Shown here in pieces: positions 37,996 to 52,519 of a DNA stretch of 64,000 bases. Both the position numbers and the translations under genes were made by a program. The stretch comes from Eledone cirrhosa (lineage: Eukaryota). The DNA is taken from assembly GCA_964016885.1 (NCBI GenBank), contig OZ024745.1, positions 117,118,001-117,182,000 of the forward strand. The letters run 5' to 3'. Within the stretch, counting starts at the first letter, position 1; each line of letters opens with the position of its first letter. The notes under the pieces are model-generated. The model ran no database searches and was not told the origin of the DNA. It worked only from the letters and a program-made list of their open reading frames with translations.

Positions 37996-39614
37996 TATGA
38001 TTGGAAAACATTTTCTAATTTTGTTTGTAATTTGAAATTATAATTAACAATTACTTAGTTATTGTCATTTTAAATTGCTAATATCATTTTAGCCATATAA
38101 TCTGGTTTTCACTTCTTTATAAATTTCATATTCAGCCTGAGTAGACTAAAAGAAATAATTACTTTATTTTTTTATGTATTTGTATTATGTTTATTTGTTC
38201 ATATTTTCTAAATTCTACAAATTTGCAATCTGATAAAAGGTTTTTAGTAATTGGTATTTTAGTAATACACTGTTTTGTTTTAGTGGTTTATATTGCATAT
38301 AAATTTTGGTAAAATTGAGATATAATTTTGCTACCAAATAATGACAATCTCTGATAGATTCATTTTTATTTTTCTGTCAGACATGTGCAATTCACATTTC
38401 ATTACACCAAGTGATTGTCATTTTTATTGTTTTTAGTAGCTGTTAGCCTTAGTTCTAAAATATTTACATCTAAAAGCTGTTTACTCCATACTCCTCATAT
38501 ACAATCTAAATTGATACAGAGTCGTTTCTTCAGTCTTTTTCTCATCAAATAATAATATAAAAGAAATGCCTATTTTTTATGTGCATTTTTGTTGATTTTT
38601 TTTTTTTTTTTTTTTAATTCACAATTTTAAGATTTTACTTTTTTCAGTAAAGGTAATGTTGTTTTAGGCCAAATGTTGTGTAATTTTTTTTTTCCAGTTT
38701 CTTAAATTAAATTAACTTTCGAAAATTTGTAGGTCAATGTGATGACCTACAATAGAGGCATAGAAATCTTATAGCCACAGTGTAACAATTTTGGTTATTA
38801 TTTTGATCTCAATAAGTAAGCAGATGGTCCCATGATTTTCCATATTTCTGTTACTCAAATATATCAATAGTCAATTTAAAACAAATGTTGATTCATGACA
38901 GAAAATCACCAAAATTGATGCCACAAGACGCAATGCAATATATGGGTTATAGCTGCTGGAATACATATTAATGTTTACATTTATCCAATTAAATTTAATA
39001 TTTCATATGCTGTATTTTGCTTCCTTTTTATCAAGATGGTTGCTATTATGATGATTTAACAGTGTTCTGAATTTTTGCCATTGCCAGACACAATTTTTGG
39101 GGGAAAGGAAGCTGTTTTTTATTTTTTATTTATTATTTTATTCAAATCACTTAAATTAAAATGGGTCCAAACATCCACTTCATATTTGAGTGGCTTTGTG
39201 TGGCAAACACTGATCAAAACACCTGCTGTGACAATTCATATACACCTTTTCAGAACTATCCAGCATGACAAATTAAATCCTATCCTTGTAAACCATGTAG
39301 AAAAAGAAAATACATTCTAGTCATAATATAAATTAGTTACATTTTCTGCCTTTTTTAGTTACATGCCATGTTCATATGGAGATATTTAAACATAAATTTG
39401 CATACAAACATTTTCACTAACATTCCTTAACAGACGTTTCTACTTCAATTGTCCGCTTTTGAAAACCCTGTGTGCATTTCTACATGCTGACACCCATATG
39501 TAACAGAGTGAATGTGTCTGTCTTAATATTTTCTTCTTACACACTACTCTACATCACCCCATCTGGCTAATCTTACAAAAATGAAAGTACGCTCATGAAT
39601 TCTGAAGTTACTTT

Positions 39615-39965
39615 CAATCATTATCATCATCGTTTTACATCCATTTTTCCATGTTTTCCTGAGTCAGCAGGTTTTTTTCAAATGCAGCATCCCTCCACTC
39701 ATCATCTTCCTTTGTCATCTCTTCTGTGTGCTTTAGCAATTTGGATCAGCTCTCACTACCTCCTTGGTCTTCTTCAACTAGGGCTTCTTTCCCCTGAAAT
39801 TTCTTGGCACTTCTTCACCCATATGCATCACATGTCCATACTAACACTTTCTTCTCTTTTTTATACTACATATGATTCCTTTTATACTCAGTTTGTTTTT
39901 TTTTCTCAGCTCATCCATGCTTCATAATTCACACACCTTATACATCCATCGAAGCATACTTGCTT
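39615..39965 (-). mobile_element. Degraded RTE 3' fragment
   Basis: catcatcgttttacatccatttttccatg tail and similarity to 18745-19100. Confidence 0.55.
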
Positions 39966-41194
39966 CAATAATATATTTAACACATTGTTTTTAGTGTGTA
40001 AATAAATAATCATTGCTGTTAATTTACGATAATTTAGGAATCTGGAAGTAAAGTTCAGGTATGTATTACCTTAGTTGAAGAAACCCCATTGTTCAGTTTA
40101 GGTAGATCAAAAGATTACTGATCTACTCTGTGTCTGCTTTGTCATGCTTTAGTGACACTTATATTGCCTGTTTGCCATAAAGTAATTTTATTTTTATTTA
40201 TATTTATTTTCTCAGTTCCTTTGCCCTATCTGTCTTAGAAGTTAAAAAAAAAAATAGATTGCGTTCCATGTTCACTTGCCTTTTGTTGTTTGCTGTCTGT
40301 TGGTGCTGCCAACTTTAAATAGAATAGTGCAATTATTTTTATTAACTCTTGAACAAATAAGCATCTTTATAGGATGCAATATTTTTGTTATATAACATTT
40401 TTCTTATTTACCCTAGCACAAGTTGAATGCAATTGGTCTATATCTTAGTTGAAGCTACCCTTGTAGATGTGATTTTTGTTTGGGAAAGTATTTTTTTAAT
40501 GTTCTTATGTGTGTATATAGATTGTCTGTTCAATCGTACAATCCACTTTAATTCATCGTTTTTATGCACTAATCACTTGAGTTAGCTAACATTTTCTCAC
40601 CATATAAACATAAAATTCCTGCTACAATTCATTTTTTTTTTTCGTGTTTTAAATGAAAATGTAACAATTTTCTTGATGAACTGAATCAGATGGATATTTG
40701 CTATTTAAACAATGTATCCCACAATTCTATATTTTTTTTCTTGTCTCAAACTTCCTCTAATGCAATTTATAAAATCTGTGACTACATCATATGAAATTCT
40801 TAATCGTCTACAGATGATTTTTTTTTTTTTTTTTTTTTTTTTTAAATGTTTCTCATTCCAAATATACAATGGAATTAGTTTCTTTTGCTTCTTGGTTTTT
40901 ATTCTTTTGAAACCATACTTATGAGAGAAAGTATTTCAAAGCTAAATAACTAATAAAATCTAGTTTAAAATGTTTAATAGTAATCGTATTCACTACTATG
41001 TTAATTTCTTTGAAATTTTATTGGTTCTCTTTTTTTTCTTTGTTCTTAACTGTATTTTTTTGTGGTTAGGTTTTATGGTTCTTATCACACTTGTTATACT
41101 ATGTATAGACTGTAGAATTTACTAACATAGCAGGCAGCAGCTATTGAGGAAGATTCCTTTTTTAGTCTCTAAGTCTAAAGTTTGATTCAGGCCA

Positions 41195-41448
41195 GGAGGC
41201 TTGGCAGGCTGGTGATTATCCTGGTTCTGTGGCATGAAACAACTGAGATTACAAGACACACCCCCACTGGACAGGATGCCAGTCTAGCATAGGGTTAATC
41301 CCCCAGCTATTGCTGGTACTCATTTTCAGCTGTGTATACTGGAGCAACATGAAATGAAGTGTTTTGCTCAAGAACACTACATACAGCGCAGCCCCAGAAT
41401 CGAACCCATGACATTATGATCATAATCACTAGGCCACGTGCCTCCTCC
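41195..41448 (-). mobile_element. tRNA-headed CORE-like SINE
   Basis: Minus: tggcctagtga A-box, ggttcgattc B-box, ttgagcaaaacacttcatttcatgttgctccag body shared with 22355-22697, but a different tail. Confidence 0.75.
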
Positions 41449-43019
41449 TTTAGTTATTATGGGAATTGTCTGATATCTATAATTAGAAAGATTTCAGAAA
41501 GTTAAGCTCTACCTTAATACAACTAGGAATATATCTCCAAAGCTTTATAGTCTAAATAAAAATATGATAGTTTCTCATATGTGATATAGTGAATTGAAGA
41601 ATTATGATCAGTTTTTAAATTCATCTTATTACATGTGTAAGATCCTATATGGTTGTCATCAATACAGATGCCATAAAAGGTTATTGCTTAATTTTGAATG
41701 AAAGACAGCAAGGAAACTCGACCTGCAAAAAGGTTTGTTTTTGTTTCATTTTGTTTCATTTTAAGTTTATTTAGAAAAGTAAACAAGAATTAAGTTAAAA
41801 GTATCTAATGATAAATATAGATTTTTATGATATAGATTGATTTCTTTTTTAAATAGTTTACTAGTTTGGCACTTCACTCATAATTGCTCTTAAAGGCAGT
41901 CCTGAAAGACTTTATTGCCAGAATGTGTCACAAAAGTAAAAGTAATAAAACCATACTATTTATAATGATAAATATAATACAAATAAGCACATAGAAAAAT
42001 GTTCTAGGTACAGTGCTTGTAACTAAACCCAACTCAATATGATATTACATAAACCAATGTAAAAACTTTAAAATATCTACTCTTTAGTGTAACAGCCAAA
42101 TTCTATAAAGAAACTGTACCATTTTTTTATGCAGAGCCCATTTGTTTTAAGCCTTAAATTTGAGGTCAACAAACCCACTGCAAAAATATAGTGCTAATAG
42201 AAAAGACTTGGGTTGATTGCCTCATTCTTCATGTTCCTTTGAACATATTTTGGTCTATTTAACCAAAGGTATCTTTTCTTTGAGCTCCTTAATGGGCATA
42301 CCTGGTCCATTGAGCCAGTTTCTGTGACATTCAGTAGATATAAGACAACCCTTACATTGGATAGAATACAAGTCTATCATATTGAACTCAGCATTGCAGG
42401 CTAGTGTAATCCTCATCAATTTTACAGTGCTGCCACTGCTTACAGTGGAGAATTATAAATCCTGTGTTCCAACTTATAGTCACATCATCTCAGCCACTGA
42501 GATTTAAGTGTATTGGTTACAGGTACTATACGATACTAGTAACCTTACTATAATCCTCCAAACAGTTGTTTAGTTATCCATCTCAATACCAACTCAGCTA
42601 TCCACTCTCCTACCTAGTAATAATTGTGCAATGTTGTTTTGACTGATATGTTTTGAAACTCCTAAACATCTGACAAATCTTATTTATTAGAATGAATGTG
42701 CCTGAGCAAATTTGATTTTTGAAAATGATAAAATCTCTAAATATTTAGAATAGGGTTCCCTTTATTATTTGTAAATGACTAAATTAATCAATAAGAAGTT
42801 TCTTCTGAGTTCAATTTCTCTGGAGAACAGTGTGTGGGGAGATGTACAGGAGAGGGGGCAGTCATGTGATAGAATTGGTTCAGGCTACAGCGTGATAAGA
42901 AGTCTTGAGCACTTATATGAAGGTATATATGATACAAAAGTCTCACTATGAATATTTTAAACTGTGATCATGTCACAGCTATCTCAGTTGCTTATATACT
43001 TTTTTGTTTATGAAATATC

Positions 43020-43295
43020 AACTGGAGATGTTCATTCACATACAGTGTGAACTTGGCTGACTAATGCCAATATTTTATTTGTACTATATGCAAATGAGCA
43101 TCTCCAGCCATCGTTTCATATGCAAAAAAAAAAAAGCATGTCAGCTATAAGCTTATTCTTGTTTCAGTCCTGAGTGAGTAAATGTCACCAAATCCAGAAA
43201 CACTTGTCTGACATTCTCACACAGCTACTAAGGTATTCATAGCAATGTGTGTTTATTATAAACATATCTTATATACTGTTATATACACCCTATTA
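43020..43295. repeat. Unclassified interspersed repeat (second copy at ~45830-46110)
   Basis: Shared tatgcaaatga.catc..cag, aaatccagaaacac.tgtctgacattctcaca, tatacaccc. Confidence 0.6.
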
Positions 43296-44376
43296 TGAAC
43301 CAAACTGTTACTGCTTAACAATTATAGAAATATTTTCTTCTCTAAAACAAAATTTTTTTTTTTATAATTTATTGGTTTGTATTGAGTTTCATGAATTATT
43401 TGAAATTTGATTTCTATGTAGTTAATCAAGAATTACTAATTGGAAGATTAATAGGACACAGTTTTTAATAATGTACTTTTGCATTCTTAGTTCCTACCAA
43501 GATCAAATTTGTCTGTCATCATTTCTTGATAAAATAGGTGTCAGTGAAAGTACTGCTGTCAATTATATTCTCACCAACACCAAAATGCCTGGCTTTGTGA
43601 CTAGGCTAGACAATTCAAATTACGATTATTTCTCTAAAATTCAATAATTAGCATTAATTTAATAATAAAATTAGAGACAATGCTTCTATTTAGCTACTGT
43701 GTAAATTTCACTTACACATTTCTAGTTATGATTTTTTTTCCCCCACCCTTTATAATTAAATCCGTTAGTTTGCATGCATAATTTAAAGTTGGTTTTCTAA
43801 TTATTATTTTAGTCATTGCTAAATTATGGTTCTGTTTGTCCTTGTAAAGCTTTTGTTAGCATGATTTTTTTTTTTTTTTTCATTGTAGTTTGGGGTTTTT
43901 GTTTTTTTTGGTTTTCTTTTTTACGTTATATTTCATTTTTAAATTAATCCTTGAGAAGGATTAGACTTGTAATTAACCAAATTTGACTGATTTGAAAAAA
44001 AAGTTAATTATCAAAGGATCACACCTTCAGCTTTCTGACATCATAAGGCGTAGGAGGCTGACATTGGCCAGACATGTGAAATGTCGATGAACCTACTGAC
44101 AGTCCTTTATTGGAAGCCTGATGTATGCAGACAAGTTGGGAGATCAACCACCATGCTGAAGGATGTTCTTGAAGATGACACTGGGTTGGAGGCAGGGAAA
44201 ATTCAGTAATGCTAGACAGGGTGAGCTGGAGGAGGAACTTCATCATGACACCCGTAAAGGATGTATAGAAGAACATTAGTGTCCTTATTAATAATAATGT
44301 CAAACTTATTCTTTCTTATAAGTTTCATGTTAAGTTTTTTTAAGATATGCATGTACTTTTTCATCCTAATTATGTA

Positions 44377-44665
44377 CTCTCGGGTCCTAAATAATAATAG
44401 GGTGGGGTTGTAATAAAAATCGGTAATTTTTCTAGTTTGTCTCCCTTGATTTTTTTTTAAAAACCAAAATTAGTCATTTAGTTTACATATTGAGACTCCA
44501 ATCCATCCTATTTATCTTATAATGTATGGGATTTCTTGTAATGTTCTTTTTTTTTTTTTTTTGTCATGTATGTTTTTTAATGTCTAATGAAAATAGTTTG
44601 GCTGAAGATAGATTAGCAAAATTAAATAAGCAAGTTGGGGGGTGGCATTATTTGTGACCTGAGAG
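44377..44665. mobile_element. TA-flanked Tc1/mariner-type MITE
   Basis: ta|ctctcgggtcctaaataat ... attatttgtgacctgagag|ta. Confidence 0.65.
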
Positions 44666-46867
44666 TAGTTAATGTGATGTTTTTTACTTCTGTATTATAA
44701 TGAAATGTAAGTATCAAGAGGGAGAGTAATTACATAATTGATGTGAGGTTATATTTCTATTATTAACACTAGCAACACAATAGATTACATAAGCAACAAT
44801 AGCTCAGAGACTGAATATCATGTAACAGACTTTGTAAATTATTTCTATTTTCTCTGAGATTTCATCACATTGGCATCTTAATTCTACAATGTTATTCTTT
44901 AAATTTGTTAGATTTACTCTTATAATAAAATTGTTTTTAATGCTTTGGTATATCACTTACTGATTTGCTGTATTACTGGTTTGGTATATCAATTAGATCT
45001 TTCTTATAACAAGATCTAATACTTCTTGTCCATAAACCTTTCGTTTCTAAAATTTAAAGATTTAACATATTTACATCACATATTATCTAGTTCTTGAGTA
45101 GAAAGCTTGTAGCCCTGTAGTTAATTATAAGTTATTGGATACAACTTTGAAGAATGCCCTATAGTTATTTATAAATTATTAGACACAACTTTGAAGAATG
45201 CCCTATAGTTAATGTTTAGACTTGTTAGACTAAATAAATCAACTTTTCTTTACCATCTTTTAAACTACTTAATACTTATGAAATTAAATTTGAAGTTTCT
45301 TTTTTTCTTTTTTCTTGCCCCCCCCCCCCCCCCTTTTTATTTTTTTTTTATTTAAAGGGAAATTAGTGTCTTCTAGCTTTTGAAAAGCTTTTATTTCATT
45401 GTATAAGTTTTGTCCCCCTTTATTTGTGAAGTAATACAATCAGTTTTATGCACTGTTTCATCACCAACTAATAGATATCAATTGAGGATAAAATAACAAT
45501 TTCATTATTCACAACTACAATTGCAATATATATTGCCAAATTCTATATTTTGTAAATTAAAAATTAAAACTAGTATTCCTGCTGAATTGGGAGGAGTTCT
45601 TGAAGGTTTCTGTTTAAGTGTAGGCAGTTCTTGAAGGTCTCTGCTTAATCATGGGCAGTTCTTGAAAGTTCAAATAAGGAAATATAATGCTTATCTTTTG
45701 ATGGAAGCTGAAAAAATGTTATCCCATAAGCAGTATTTTAGTATCAAAATCTTCAATACATCCCAATCAGTATTTCTTTAATTCTAATCGGTGAGGTAGA
45801 TTAATTAGCAAGGTATATACAGTATGTTTATGTACAATAAACATAAGTTCATACAATATGCAAATGAACATCACCAGTTGATGTTTAATATGCAAAAAGT
45901 ATATAAGCTATAGCTTGTACTTGTCTCAGTATCAAGAAGGTAAACATTACTGATAATAGATAAAAATCCAGAAACACATGTCTGACATTCTCACATGGCT
46001 ACTGAGATAGCTGTGAGATGATCCCTGCGTAAAACATTTGTAGTAAGACTGTTGTATGTTTCTTACATATAAACATATTGTATGTCTTCATATACACCCC
46101 TATCAAGTGATATAGACAATGAGTAATTTGACATTTGGTTTTTATTTGTTTTATCTGTTGATTAGATTTTTTTTCTGCTACAGAAGTAATATTATGGTTC
46201 AACATTAGTCTGAAATTTATTTTTAACCTCATTTCAACTACCGCATATACTTGTTTATAATATTTTGACTTCAGTGTTTGATTTGCTCATAAGTTGCATG
46301 TTATTGCTTGGAACGTTTCTCAAATAGCAGTTCATCTGTTCTATTGTATTAGAAACTTTTATAAGATTTCATCACCTTTACACTTAGAATTCTTTCTCAT
46401 ACATCTTTCATCTACTGTACAACATCTTGGCCCAGACTTTTCAAAACATTTCCCTTAGTTTCTTGATTCCAGAAACCAACTACATGTTCCACTATATTCT
46501 TGTGTGTTTTTAAGGGTTTGTTTAAACACATAATGTCTGTAGATGTAACAGTCTTTTCATACAAATTTCATCATCCACCTTTTTTTGGTGAACTTTCAAA
46601 AAATATTTTGTACCATAAGCTAAGTATGCTAAAATAACCATAAAATGTTACTCACTCAGTTGTTTTGATATTGACAATGTTGTATGTTGTCCATAGTAGT
46701 GTTCTTACCATCCATGTTAAAACAATGTTTTCACAATCTATATCCATAATATTTGCATTCAGTGATTACACATGGAATTACTAAACTTTATTGTACACCT
46801 CCTTTTTTGTGCAATGTTGGTTCTCTGATGTAATGCTAGTACATTTCTATTGAAGTATGTCATAGAC

Positions 46868-47080
46868 CAGGCATGTCAAACTGAGGCTCCCCAATGGTCA
46901 CATGAGTTACATGTGTTGTCTAAGGGCCACACACAACTAATTGCACACATTACAACTAATTTTTTTTATTTTATATTGCGAAGATAAAACATGCTCACGC
47001 TGTAAAAACCTTTGTGTGAGCCGCATGTGTGTTTGTAAAGGGACACAGGTGGCCTGCAGGCCGCATGTTTGACATGCCTG
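46868..47080. mobile_element. hAT MITE
   Basis: Perfect 14-bp TIR caggcatgtcaaac; imperfect 8-bp TSD tcatagac/ttgtagac. Confidence 0.85.
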
Positions 47081-47431
47081 TTGTAGACCATCCAGCTGAG
47101 GTAATATGATTTACTTGTATTTATGGATAGTTGTAATGTTTTTTCTAAGAGCTATGCATAGGAAATCCCTTCAAATGGACATAATGTATGTTAGTATATG
47201 AATCTTTCTCCAATATCTCAGAATACAGTATATCATTAACAGTTTTGTTTCTGGCATTTTATTGGATGTTTTTTGTTTTCATCCGTCTAATATTTCTGAC
47301 ACACAATATACTATCTCAGCATTATCATTTCTATGCTCTTTAGCTTTTTCAATAAAACACAAATCGACCTCATAACTTTTACCTTTTAGTACTCAAGATT
47401 TAGTTTTTATCCTTTTCTATTTAGAAAATAG

Positions 47432-47464
<33 letters not shown>

Positions 47465-47831
47465 CCCCAATATTTCTTGTAATAAATCCATGCATATATA
47501 GGTTGGAAGTTTGGACACATGAATGATGTAACATACATATCAAAGGTTTGATTGTTCTGTGGCAGAATTGAATTCTGTTTGAGGATGTAGGTTTTCCTGT
47601 GTCACATCATCAGTATATATTGGTTGACAATACCATTATTCATATAAACTGCAAAGTAACATGACCAATTCCCCCTACATACTCATTCATTTTGTGATGT
47701 ATTAGTGCGTACTGTGAATTTTAAGTACAGAGCAATGTTAAGTAGGTAAGTCACCTGCAGTTTTTTATGCCCTATTTTGAATTTAAAAAGAACGACTTAT
47801 CTACCAATATATATAACTTTCTTTATATATA

Positions 47832-47867
<36 letters not shown>

Positions 47868-48467
47868 TTGTTTTTATTGAAAGCTAGAACTTATGTTTTA
47901 CAATTAGTTAGACTTTTATTTTTCTAATTCTCATGTTCTAACATTCAGTAGTTTTCACTTCTCACTTATCAAGATAATATTTCTATGGGACTTTTATCTT
48001 ATTTTATTCTAAATTATTTAAAGATTACAAAAATTGTATCATTTTATTTCCGTCGTTTCGGTTAAAATTTCACTGTTAGATTTTAACTTAAAATAAGCAC
48101 ATTGGACTTTTTTTTAATTTGTCAATATTTTCTCATGTTACAGTTGGGGGTCGGGTGTAGAGAAGGAGTATCTGAATGTAATTGTCATGTATTGCAAACC
48201 CCCAAAACATATATTTTTAATCTGATTTCCATTTTGGGTAAAAATAAAGGTTAAAAACGAATTATTTTCAATTGTTTTGTTAAACACTGTTATATAGCAA
48301 TTGTCTTTTGACTTAATTTTTCTCTTAAATACTTAATATGCAAGTATACTACAATGAAATGTTAACTACATGACTTTAAAGGGGAATCTTTCTTCTGCCA
48401 CTTAGTCATCAATATACATATAGTGCTTTCTCTGAGCTATTCTATTGTAATGTTGTTGTTTTTTCAG

Positions 48468-48568
48468 GCTCATCATCTGCGCTGCATAAATGACTTCATT
48501 GAAGCTGAGATGAATTATTATGCTCAGTGTCATCAATATATGGTAGACCTACGCAAGCAGTTGGGCGG
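48468..48568 (+). CDS. SH3GLB1: Endophilin-B exon ending the BAR domain, 101 nt, phase 0-2
   Basis: Acceptor ttttttcag, donor gtaagg. AHHLRCINDFIEAEMNYYAQCHQYMVDLRKQLG matches endophilin-B1 AHHLRCLNDFVEAQMTYYAQC. Confidence 0.97.
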
Positions 48569-49305
48569 GTAAGGCATTGTTTTCAACTTCTATTTTTTTA
48601 CTTTTAACCCTTTTTAATTCTCAAATTTAATTTCTGATTAAATTATATTCATCCTACAATTGCATTATTTCAAAATAGCATCTTCAGTCAGGAATCTGTT
48701 GTACCTTAGAGATTTTGGAAATAATTCACTTCACTCATAATATGGGTTCCTTTTCTCTTAGTTTATTTATTTATGATTCTTCTGATTTGACATCAATAAT
48801 AACTATCTACTATTTTAGGCTTTAAGAGTCAACAGTGAAAATGTCAGCAACAACACTTTTGTGTGACAATAACTGTCACGATTTTGAATTTGAAACATAT
48901 GCAGCTGATGGCACCTTAATAGGCTAATGTGGGCAACTCTTTGTGTTTCATACCTGTTTTAATAGGCCTTTAAGGTTTGCTGAAAGTTGTTGGTCAATCT
49001 TTGTTGACCCAGTACTGTTTCTTAGATGATTGATGTGTTACACAACTGAATTTATTATTTTTAATCTACACATCAAAATTGTAAAATACATTGGTTGATC
49101 TAAGATACTTAGCTATTCCTTATTATTTGGGGGAGGCAGGGGTAAAGTAAAATTGTATATTTGTTTTCCTAAATGATAATAGTAATTGTTAAAATTACAA
49201 ATTCCATTGAACGATTAAAAAATTTATTTTGTTTTTCAAAATTTCAATGAAGTGCAATAGTTACACAAGATGCTATATTAGTTTATTGCTTATATCATTA
49301 AATAT

Positions 49306-49488
49306 GTGGATTGGCAGTATCGGTAGAGGGTCGGACGCCATGCTTTCCAGCATAGTTACGTCCCTTTACGATCTGAGTTCAAATCCCGCCTAGGTTGACT
49401 TTGCCTTTCATCCTTACGGGGTCGATAAAATAAAGTACCAGTAATGAACTGGGTAATTGCTGGCCTTGTGCCTAAAGTAGAAACAAAT
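49306..49488 (+). mobile_element. Family A SINE
   Basis: A-box-like tggcagtatcgg, B-box-like gagttcaaatcc, Nin-like domain. Confidence 0.85.
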
Positions 49489-49588
49489 ATATATTTTACA
49501 TGAATTTTCATAGCTTTATTCACAGTTGTATTTTTAAATTGTTTTGAGAAATACATATTGTAAAGTTGTATCAAAGTTTGCAAGTGTA

Positions 49589-50268
49589 ACACACACACAC
49601 ACACGTATATATATACGCACACATATATACGCACGCACACACACATATACATACACACACACATATATACACGTATGCACAACACACATACATACGCACA
49701 CACACACGCATAATGCACACACGCACATAACACACACGCACACATAACAGACATGCACACATAACACACACACACACATAACACAGACGCACATAACACA
49801 CACACATATATATATATATACTTACACACATGTATATACTTACACACACACGTATATATATATATATATATATACGCACACACATATACACATATGCACA
49901 ACACACATATACGCATGCACACACATAATACACATAATACACACACGCATAATGCACACACGCACATAGCACACGCACATACACACACATAACACACACG
50001 CACACATAACACACATAACAGACATGCACACATAACACACACACACATATATAAATACTTACACATATACACACACACCACATACAACACAACACACACA
50101 CCACACACACACACACCTCATACACCGCATACAACACAACACACACACACACACCACATACAACACACACACACACACACACCTCATACAACACCACACA
50201 CACATCATACAACACCACACACACACACCGCATACAACACAACACACACACACCACATACACACTCAC
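49589..50268. repeat. Compound (CA)n/(TA)n microsatellite
   Basis: Direct inspection; source of the spurious CV-rich ORFs. Confidence 0.95.
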
Positions 50269-51901
50269 AAACGACAGCTTTATTGCCTTATGTTTAACAT
50301 TCAACAATACATTACCATATATGTGATAATTTTCTCTTTATTGATAAAAACAAACATTAAATCTGTGAACATATGAAATTCACAAGACCCTCTGCTGGAC
50401 ATGAAAGACTTTACATTAATATTTATGTAAAACAATATCTATTAATGTTTCATTTGTATTCTATTTATGTGTACAACTTAGTTAATGTTATATTTAACAC
50501 TGTTTCATGTTTTTTTACAAAATATTTTAGGCCTTCTAATCACATGTTCTCCTGGACCTCATAAGCTGATTTCAATCTTAAACCTCTTCTGTCTCTTCAA
50601 TATATTTTCCTTTCTCTATTTCTGCACTCCTCCTTATTAAATTTCTACAGCATCAATTCCTGCCCCTATCCCCCATTGTAAATATGTTGTGTACTGTTGC
50701 TAAATTACTCTTGTCATAATGAATTGAATGTTTCTCTAAATAATTTTCCTTTCTATGTCGGTTAGTGTTATACTATAATCAACTAATAATCCCTGAGCAG
50801 CATTTAAGTAAAACCTATTTATTTCACTATTCTGGAGAATAGTAACTAAATTCATAAGGTACTGGATTCTTGAGTGATCATGAGCCAATATTCCAGAATA
50901 CACTGTCTCTGGATAAACATTTAACATTTATCTAACTTTAGCCTTAATTTAGAAATTATCATTATTATGAATTTAAGGTAAATAATTTCTGTTATGAATA
51001 TTTCAATTCATTTTTTTATTTTTTTATACGCATTGATCATTTTACCATTACTTTTCAGCAATAATAATCAATAATTTCTCTTATAATTTCCTAATTTATG
51101 TAAATGGTTTAAACATTTTATATTCAATGTCCTCTTTAAAAAAAAAAAATTTTTTTTAAAATAAAAAATTTCTTTACATGATAACTTTATACAGATTTCA
51201 ATATCTTTGATAACTATTATTATTATTACAATTTAGCTATTATGTTTCTCTCCTTTCAAAAAAATGTCATAAAGTTCTCCAAATGTTGCTCTATTTGCTG
51301 CCACTCTATTGAAGCCCCCCTACCCTTTCCTGTTGCAGTATACCTGCTGATAACTGATTGCAGGACCATCATGTAAGATGTAGCATATTTTTCGGCCTAC
51401 TATGGTATGCTATGTATCCATTTAAAGATTATATCAATCTGTTATACCCTCAGTTTCTTAGCTAAACCCTTTTCATCGCTATCACTAATTTATCTTTTCT
51501 GCTTGTACTTTTGCTTCAGGTGGGAATGCTCATTTTCTTGTTATTCATGTTTTTCTTTCTTTTAACAAAATATTTTATTACTGTTTAATTTTTGAATTTT
51601 CGGATTTTTTTTTTTTCCCAATTAAATCTCAATTCTCGCCCTTCTCATTTAGCATGCTACCAATCTCATATAGTATGTAATAGATGTGTAAGGATCCTTG
51701 TTTTCATTTAGTAATAAGTTGAGGCTAAGCTTATAGAAAAAATATCATTTCCTACCTCTTTATTTTTAGTTTTCCTTCCATTTAGCTATTTCTAATTAAC
51801 ATAGAAAAACGGGATTTCCTTCCTGTACATAGAAACTGTGTTGGTTCAATAGAAGCTTTGAATTTATTTCTTTCATCGGTTGTTCATGTTTAGTATCTGT
51901 G

Positions 51902-51944
<43 letters not shown>

Positions 51945-52519
51945 TTTTTTTTTTGCATTTTTTACTTATTTAATTAAACTGGTGAATATTTTAGAATTTT
52001 ATCTTGTTACTATTTTTATTTTCTTCTGTGATTATAACTTGTGACTTCAGTAGAAAAGATATATTCTCTAGTTTGTTGTTTTAGATGTGCTTTAGCATTA
52101 TGTACTAAGTTTCATATCTGTGTACAATTTAGTTTTATTCTGAGGTTGTTTAGTCTCTTTTGGAAATTATCTTCTGCTCAAAAGAAAATATTTCATTTTT
52201 TTAATCAATATATAACCAGCATTAAGGTGATCCTTCACATGTATCTCGATCATCAAATAAAGTGACCAAGCAACAACTTCAAAGTCACTCGCTTTTATAC
52301 TTAGAAAATAAAATTTACTCTAGCTACAAGTATTAAGTGCTCACTCAGTTAATGTTTGAATGTATTAAGTACTAGGGTATTTTAAATACCCAGACTAAAA
52401 TCACTGTGTGTGTAAATAGATATTTGTTTATGTATGTGCACTCTACTATCCCAAGTATCGAGTACTCTGTTGAGTAATGGTCTAACTAGTTTAAAACAGG
52501 TTCTATCCTTATATATATA

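Noticed and set aside
47585-47620. Minus-strand CTGATGA...GAAA
   Set aside because: Stem II has a 1-nt loop and stems I and III do not form.
48819-48930. Acceptor-like tattttag after the last BAR exon
   Set aside because: Stop at the second codon in the required phase and no donor.
49356-50307. Long Cys/Val-rich ORFs (up to 252 aa)
   Set aside because: Translations of a (CA)n microsatellite.
50531-50564. Possible next exon (G-PSNHMFSWTS*) resembling human SFPSNY
   Set aside because: Similarity is only three residues, the stop is immediate, there is no donor and the acceptor is weak.
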